From IMG/VR virus record IMGVR_UViG_2671180680_000011: a DNA stretch of 4,079 bases; one strand, 5' to 3'. Positions within the stretch are counted from its first letter, which is position 1. Every line of letters starts with the position of its first letter. Of the stretch, positions 1-4,079 are shown piece by piece. The position numbers and the translations under genes were made by a program. The notes under the pieces are model-generated. The model did not search any database. It was not told the origin of the DNA and worked only from the letters and a program-made list of their open reading frames with translations. Source of the stretch: a virus. Taxonomy: Duplodnaviria > Heunggongvirae > Uroviricota > Caudoviricetes.

Positions 1-47
1 AATATCTCCCCGGCAGCCTTCAGGGAAAAATATCATCAGATGGCTGC

Positions 48-401
48 TTAAAAAAAGAACAAATGGTAGTGTCCGCTATTGCCAGTACACCTCAATTGCT
101 CTGCGGCTTCGCTCAGAGCTGGCGTATGTTCCCGGCCTACTGATTCACACAGGTAATCAACGAAACCGGACACCAGTTTTCGTTCGCGAGGCGTGATCGC
201 CCCACCGACCGGAGTCCAGTAATCGAAACCCAGTTGCAGGAGTTTGAAAAAACGCTTGTGGAATGCGTAGTTACACACACGCTTAAAGTCTGCGTGTATC
301 CACTCACCTATTTTGATTTGATGCAGAAAATCGCAACTCTCCGGCGTCGCCGGGAGAAGTAATCCGGAAGAGGTTTGTTTGACCAGTTGTATATGTGCCA
401 T
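48..401 (-). CDS. Hypothetical protein, 117 aa from the ATG at 401 (alternative 131-aa form from a TTG at 443); second gene of a two-gene operon
   Basis: Long ORF on the minus strand. The internal ATG at 401 is preceded by GGAGA about 6-7 nt upstream; the ORF-track start at 443 is a TTG overlapping the upstream stop. No family recognised (sequence contains FDYWTPVGG and a Cys/His-rich C-terminus). Confidence 0.5.
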   Translation of the reverse strand: MAHIQLVKQTSSGLLLPATPESCDFLHQIKIGEWIHADFKRVCNYAFHKRFFKLLQLGFDYWTPVGGAITPRERKLVSGFVDYLCESVGREHTPALSEAAEQLRCTGNSGHYHLFFF

Positions 402-439
402 CGGCTTTCTCCGGTGGCACGGTGTTACACAGCAGGAGT

Positions 440-727
440 TCAATCCTGCTCAAGATTGTAGATGAGTTTATTCTTCAGCAAAAGCAGAAAACCAGCCTTA
501 AAACCAATCTCTTTCAAAACCCGTAATGATGTGACAAATTCGTCCTCACGCAAAATAAAACCGTCCGTCAGAAGTCCATTACAAAAATAAAATAACACAG
601 CACCGCTCTTCCTTTGTTGAGATTGCAAACATCTAATGCGGCAATGGCTGACAATCGCTCCATTCTCAACGCGCACAGCATAGAGGCCATTTTCACTAAA
701 AATTTCACGCAATTCTTCGATTTTCAT
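440..727 (-). CDS. Hypothetical protein, 95 aa; first gene of a two-gene operon
   Basis: ATG at 727 preceded by AAGGA about 8 nt upstream; stop TGA at 440-442; candidate promoter upstream at 809-836. No family recognised. Confidence 0.5.
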   Translation of the reverse strand: MKIEELREIFSENGLYAVRVENGAIVSHCRIRCLQSQQRKSGAVLFYFCNGLLTDGFILREDEFVTSLRVLKEIGFKAGFLLLLKNKLIYNLEQD

Positions 728-808
728 CTTCAGAATCCTTCCAGATAAATAGCTCTCCCCTGTTCGGGGTCCATCCCTCTTCTCCCTGCGCGCTACTTAA
801 GTGAGTCG

Positions 809-836
809 ATTCTATCTGCGAAGGTGCGCGAATCAA
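809..836 (-). promoter_or_regulatory. Putative sigma70 promoter for the 95-aa/117-aa operon (TTGATT, 16-nt spacer, TAGAAT)
   Basis: Read on the minus strand: -35 TTGATT (plus 831-836) and -10 TAGAAT (plus 809-814), placing the start about 75 nt upstream of the ATG at 727 and just downstream of the hok terminator. Confidence 0.3.
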
Positions 837-846
837 ATTCACCGGA

Positions 847-901
847 AATAAACAACAAAAAACCCGCCGAAACGCTGAGAGATCACAGCGATGGGCGGGT
901 T
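847..901 (-). terminator. Rho-independent terminator for the hok/mok transcript
   Basis: Minus-strand RNA forms an 8-bp outer stem (861-868 with 894-901) around an inner 5-bp stem (873-877 with 886-890), followed by a U-rich tract (complement of plus 847-860, AATAAACAACAAAA). Confidence 0.55.
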
Positions 902-940
902 AAGTGCGGGTGCGTTGAGGATGCCTGACACATCAGAGGT

Positions 941-968
941 GGGCGGGGATGGGATCAGCTCCCCGCCC
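941..968 (-). promoter_or_regulatory. GC-rich stem-loop just 3' of the hok stop; candidate hok mRNA 3' structural element (fbi/tac-like)
   Basis: Perfect 9-bp inverted repeat GGGCGGGGA (941-949) and TCCCCGCCC (960-968) with a 10-nt loop, 9 nt downstream of the hok stop codon; no U-tract follows, so not itself a terminator. Confidence 0.35.
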
Positions 969-976
969 GGTCACTC

Positions 977-1132
977 TTACTTCCTGGATTCGTAGTCTAC
1001 GAAGACAGCGACCTCCGTCTGGCCGGTTCGGATTCGTACCTCACAGAGGTCTTTCCTCGTTACCAGTGCCGTCACTATGACGGTTAAACAGATGACGATC
1101 AGGGCGATTAACATCGCCTTTTGCTGCTTCAT
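977..1132 (-). CDS. hok: Hok/Gef-family type I toxin, 51 aa, small membrane peptide
   Basis: Translation MKQQKAMLIALIVICLTVIVTALVTRKDLCEVRIRTGQTEVAVFVDYESRK closely matches chromosomal Hok/Gef/RelF toxins as recalled (single TM helix, conserved R-K-x-L-C-E motif); AAGGAG Shine-Dalgarno about 7 nt upstream of the ATG at 1132. Confidence 0.85.
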   Translation of the reverse strand: MKQQKAMLIALIVICLTVIVTALVTRKDLCEVRIRTGQTEVAVFVDYESRK

Positions 1133-1189
1133 AGCCTGCTTCTCCTTGCCTTTCGGCATGTAAGAGGCTAACCTACATGTGCAAAGCAT
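977..1189 (-). CDS. mok: mok-like reading frame (in-frame N-terminally extended ORF covering hok)
   Basis: ATG at 1189 with GAGG about 8 nt upstream; the extension MLCTCRLASYMPKGKEKQA resembles the extension of chromosomal mok frames as recalled. Confidence 0.5.
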   Translation of the reverse strand: MLCTCRLASYMPKGKEKQAMKQQKAMLIALIVICLTVIVTALVTRKDLCEVRIRTGQTEVAVFVDYESRK

Positions 1190-1245
1190 GAAATTGGCCT
1201 CAGATTAATGTTAAGCGTCTTGCCGGACGCGTAATGTTAACTGGG
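1175..1245 (+). ncRNA. sok: Putative sok-like antisense RNA covering the mok start; coordinates approximate
   Basis: Position inferred from hok/sok architecture. Weak plus-strand promoter candidate TTGCCT (1146-1151), 17-nt spacer, TAACCT (1169-1174); hairpin 1215-1230 downstream. No clean terminator seen. Confidence 0.2.
1206..1240. repeat. 9-bp direct repeat TAATGTTAA (1206-1214 and 1232-1240) flanking a hairpin (GCGTC 1215-1219 with GACGC 1226-1230) in the hok leader/sok region
   Basis: Exact repeat and inverted repeat read directly from the sequence; function unknown. Confidence 0.3.
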
Positions 1246-1308
1246 GCTTTTCTCTATCTGCCTTTTGGTGTTCATGCCTGAAGCAGATAGCCTCAAGCAC
1301 CCGCAGTC

Positions 1309-1338
1309 ATTCTACTTACCTCGCCAATATGAAATCAA
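1309..1338 (-). promoter_or_regulatory. Putative sigma70 promoter for hok/mok mRNA (TTGATT, 18-nt spacer, TAGAAT)
   Basis: Read on the minus strand: -35 at plus 1333-1338, -10 at plus 1309-1314; predicts a leader of about 110 nt before mok and a transcript of about 450 nt ending at the 847-901 terminator. Lies immediately 3' of the QueH-like stop. Confidence 0.35.
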
Positions 1339-1359
1339 TCAGAAAGGTGCCCCATAAAA

Positions 1360-2046
1360 TCACTCCTTCTCTTCTTTACCGTAGTGGAGTTGACCAATTT
1401 TGATAAGAGGGCGTCCCTGAGATTTGCGGTGTAGATTGGTATCGCGCAGAGAATACACACAGCCACAATATTCCTGCTGATAGAATTTTTCGCGCTTGCT
1501 GATTTCAATCATACGGGACGAGCCGCCCTGCTTGCGCCAGTTATAATCCCAGTACACCATGCCCGGATAATGCGCGACGGCTCGCCGCCCACAGTCGTTA
1601 ACCTGCTGCATATTTTTCCAGCGTGAAATGCCCAGTGAACTGCTGATCACACTGAAACCATTTTCAGCGGCGTACAGCGCTGTCCGCTCAAAACGCATGT
1701 CAAAACACATGGTGCAACGGATCCCTCGTTCGGGCTCCCATTCCATTCCTTTGGCTCGTTCAAACCAGTTGTCTGTGTCGTAATCAGCATCAATAAACGG
1801 CACGCCGTGTTGTTCAGCAAAGCGAATATTCTCATCCTTACGAATTAAATACTCTTTCTGAGGATGAATGTTCGGGTTGTAGAAAAAGATGGTGTAGTCG
1901 ATTCCCGAGGCCTGAAGCGCCTCCATCACCTCACCGGAACATGGAGCACAGCAAGAGTGCAGTAGTAGTTTGTTTGCCCCGTTTGGGAGCTCCAATTTGG
2001 GCCGTTTGAAATCAGCAACTGTCATAAATATGTTTATTGGGGTCAT
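1360..2046 (-). CDS. queH: DUF208/QueH-family protein (epoxyqueuosine reductase-like, Fe-S), 228 aa
   Basis: Contains the family-typical motifs [38 protein letters not shown] and YCGCVYS. Start is uncertain: ATG at 2046 or 2025, neither with a strong Shine-Dalgarno. Stop TGA at 1360-1362. Confidence 0.8.
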   Translation of the reverse strand: MTPINIFMTVADFKRPKLELPNGANKLLLHSCCAPCSGEVMEALQASGIDYTIFFYNPNIHPQKEYLIRKDENIRFAEQHGVPFIDADYDTDNWFERAKGMEWEPERGIRCTMCFDMRFERTALYAAENGFSVISSSLGISRWKNMQQVNDCGRRAVAHYPGMVYWDYNWRKQGGSSRMIEISKREKFYQQEYCGCVYSLRDTNLHRKSQGRPLIKIGQLHYGKEEKE

Positions 2047-2107
2047 AAAAATATCAAAGAGTGTAGCATTAGAACGGGGCTATCGGAAACAGATGTGTGA
2101 CTGCTCC

Positions 2108-2123
2108 CCGCCCTTTCGGGTGG
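2108..2123. other. GC-rich hairpin in the intergenic region upstream of the QueH-like gene
   Basis: CCGCCC-TTTC-GGGTGG (6-bp stem with one G-U pair); on the minus strand the loop reads GAAA. No U-tract on either strand, so not a canonical terminator. Confidence 0.2.
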
Positions 2124-2193
2124 TCTCCTGATGATTTGAGGGTGCAGAAATCCCTCCGGTTAAGGATTAAATTTTTAACAGTGCTAAATTTAA

Positions 2194-2550
2194 TTATTCA
2201 GTTCTGGATTTTGTCGCCCTGCGTATCCGCGCTTTCGCGTTACGCTCAATCTGTATCAGCTTTTCTATATTTCTCCGCCTTTCCTGTTCCTCCTGGCGCA
2301 ATAGCCTTACATCATCTGCCAGTCTGGTTTCTCTTTTTGCCACAGAGAGCATCCAGTCAAACGGCTCCACAACCGCACCGCAGATTTTACAGCGGACCTG
2401 ACGCTCTTTTTCGTCAACCCGTACAGAGGCGTGATGGCAATATGGTCTTTCCGATGGCTCATAAAGAAAATTAACCTGATTACGAGGGTCATCCTCTTTT
2501 ACCGGAAATAAAACGATATTGCTTAACTCATCTTCTGGTTTTATTTCCAT
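2194..2550 (-). CDS. Hypothetical small protein, 118 aa, with a putative Cys/His zinc-ribbon-like motif and a charged C-terminal coiled-coil-like tail
   Basis: ATG at 2550 preceded by a strong AAGGAGAGGAG Shine-Dalgarno (AGGAG 6 nt upstream). An in-frame alternative ATG at 2607 directly abuts the upstream stop (TGAATG). Motif C-H-H, 12 residues, C-x2-C; tail rich in R/E/K. No family recognised. Confidence 0.6.
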   Translation of the reverse strand: MEIKPEDELSNIVLFPVKEDDPRNQVNFLYEPSERPYCHHASVRVDEKERQVRCKICGAVVEPFDWMLSVAKRETRLADDVRLLRQEEQERRRNIEKLIQIERNAKARIRRATKSRTE

Positions 2551-2607
2551 GCTCCTCTCCTTTGATGCGAATGCCAGCGGTAATTGAAGCCTGATAGCTA
2601 ATTTCAT

Positions 2608-2830
2608 TCACAGTATCGCCTCCTGAAAATTACCCTGATAGAAAGCCAGTACACGCTGCATAGCTTCGCTCTTCCGGCACTCGCGACAGATTATATTCAG
2701 GCGCCTGTCGTAGCGGCGTATTTCTCCGTCAGGTAATGACCAGATAAGGTCCGGATCAACAACAACCGGTTTCCTCACCTTTACTCTCGAGAGTTTTTTG
2801 CGGGCGCTTTGCCAGTCCTTGCGAGCCTGT
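2608..2830 (-). pseudogene. 3' fragment of a gene truncated by the IS911-like insertion (73 host-encoded codons)
   Basis: The reading frame is open right up to the IS boundary at 2830/2831 with no internal start; the ORF-track start is a GTG at 2856 inside the left inverted repeat. Stop TGA at 2608-2610 overlaps the next gene's alternative ATG. Confidence 0.45.
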
Positions 2831-2866
2831 TGAAGTGGCACACTGAATTTGGCCACCTGAACAGAG
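2831..2866. repeat. Left terminal inverted repeat (IRL) of the IS911-like element
   Basis: TGAAGTGGCACACTGAATTTGGCCACCTGAACAGAG; first 8 nt and the GGCCACC core match the reverse complement of the right end. Confidence 0.8.
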
Positions 2867-2902
2867 GTGATATGCTCACCTCAGAACAACACAGGTGCTC
2901 CA

Positions 2903-4079
<1,177 letters not shown>

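Noticed and set aside
13-47. Inverted repeat GCAGCC / GGCTGC downstream of the last minus-strand gene
   Set aside because: Loop of about 23 nt and no U-tract on either strand; not a convincing terminator.
401-443. TTG start at 443 giving a 131-aa form of the first gene
   Set aside because: TTG start with no clear Shine-Dalgarno, whereas the ATG at 401 has GGAGA at the right spacing; kept only as an alternative.
977-1189. That this hok copy is the relBE-linked hokD (relF) of a Qin-type prophage
   Set aside because: The toxin resembles HokD/HokC as recalled, but the flanking genes are a QueH-like gene and unrecognised proteins; the adjacent 95-aa protein does not match RelE as I recall it. 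Context is not assignable without a database search.
1647-1835. 62-aa minus-strand ORF inside the QueH-like gene in another frame
   Set aside because: Fully nested in a well-supported CDS with conserved family motifs; no independent support.
2097-2474. 125-aa plus-strand ORF antisense to the zinc-ribbon gene
   Set aside because: Overlaps the better-supported minus-strand gene (strong Shine-Dalgarno, operon context) and has no evident ribosome-binding site; most likely a spurious antisense ORF.
2307-2492. 61-aa minus-strand ORF overlapping the zinc-ribbon gene
   Set aside because: Alternative frame within the same gene; no support.
2550-2607. ATG at 2607 as the start of the zinc-ribbon gene (137-aa form)
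   Set aside because: Possible by translational coupling (TGAATG), but the ATG at 2550 has a much stronger Shine-Dalgarno; kept as an alternative.

Overview
Enterobacterial-type accessory DNA (E. coli/Shigella-like, judged from the IS and hok family) with five minus-strand genes followed by an essentially complete IS911-like IS3-family insertion sequence at the right edge. Minus-strand order, 5' to 3': a gene remnant truncated by the IS (2608..2830); a small Cys/His zinc-ribbon-like plus coiled-coil protein of unknown function (2194..2550); a DUF208/QueH-family epoxyqueuosine-reductase-like gene (1360..2046); a hok/mok/sok-type type I toxin-antitoxin locus (977..1189) with its own promoter, 3' hairpin and intrinsic terminator; then a two-gene operon of unrecognised small proteins (440..727 and 48..401). 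The IS911-like element (2831..4079) has imperfect ~36-bp terminal inverted repeats, orfA, orfB and the A-AAA-AAG -1 frameshift heptamer. The best candidate for an undescribed system is the IS-disrupted operon of remnant, zinc-ribbon protein and QueH-like gene, with the downstream two-gene operon second. Neither could be assigned a function from sequence alone. All protein identifications are from recall of family motifs, not from a database search.
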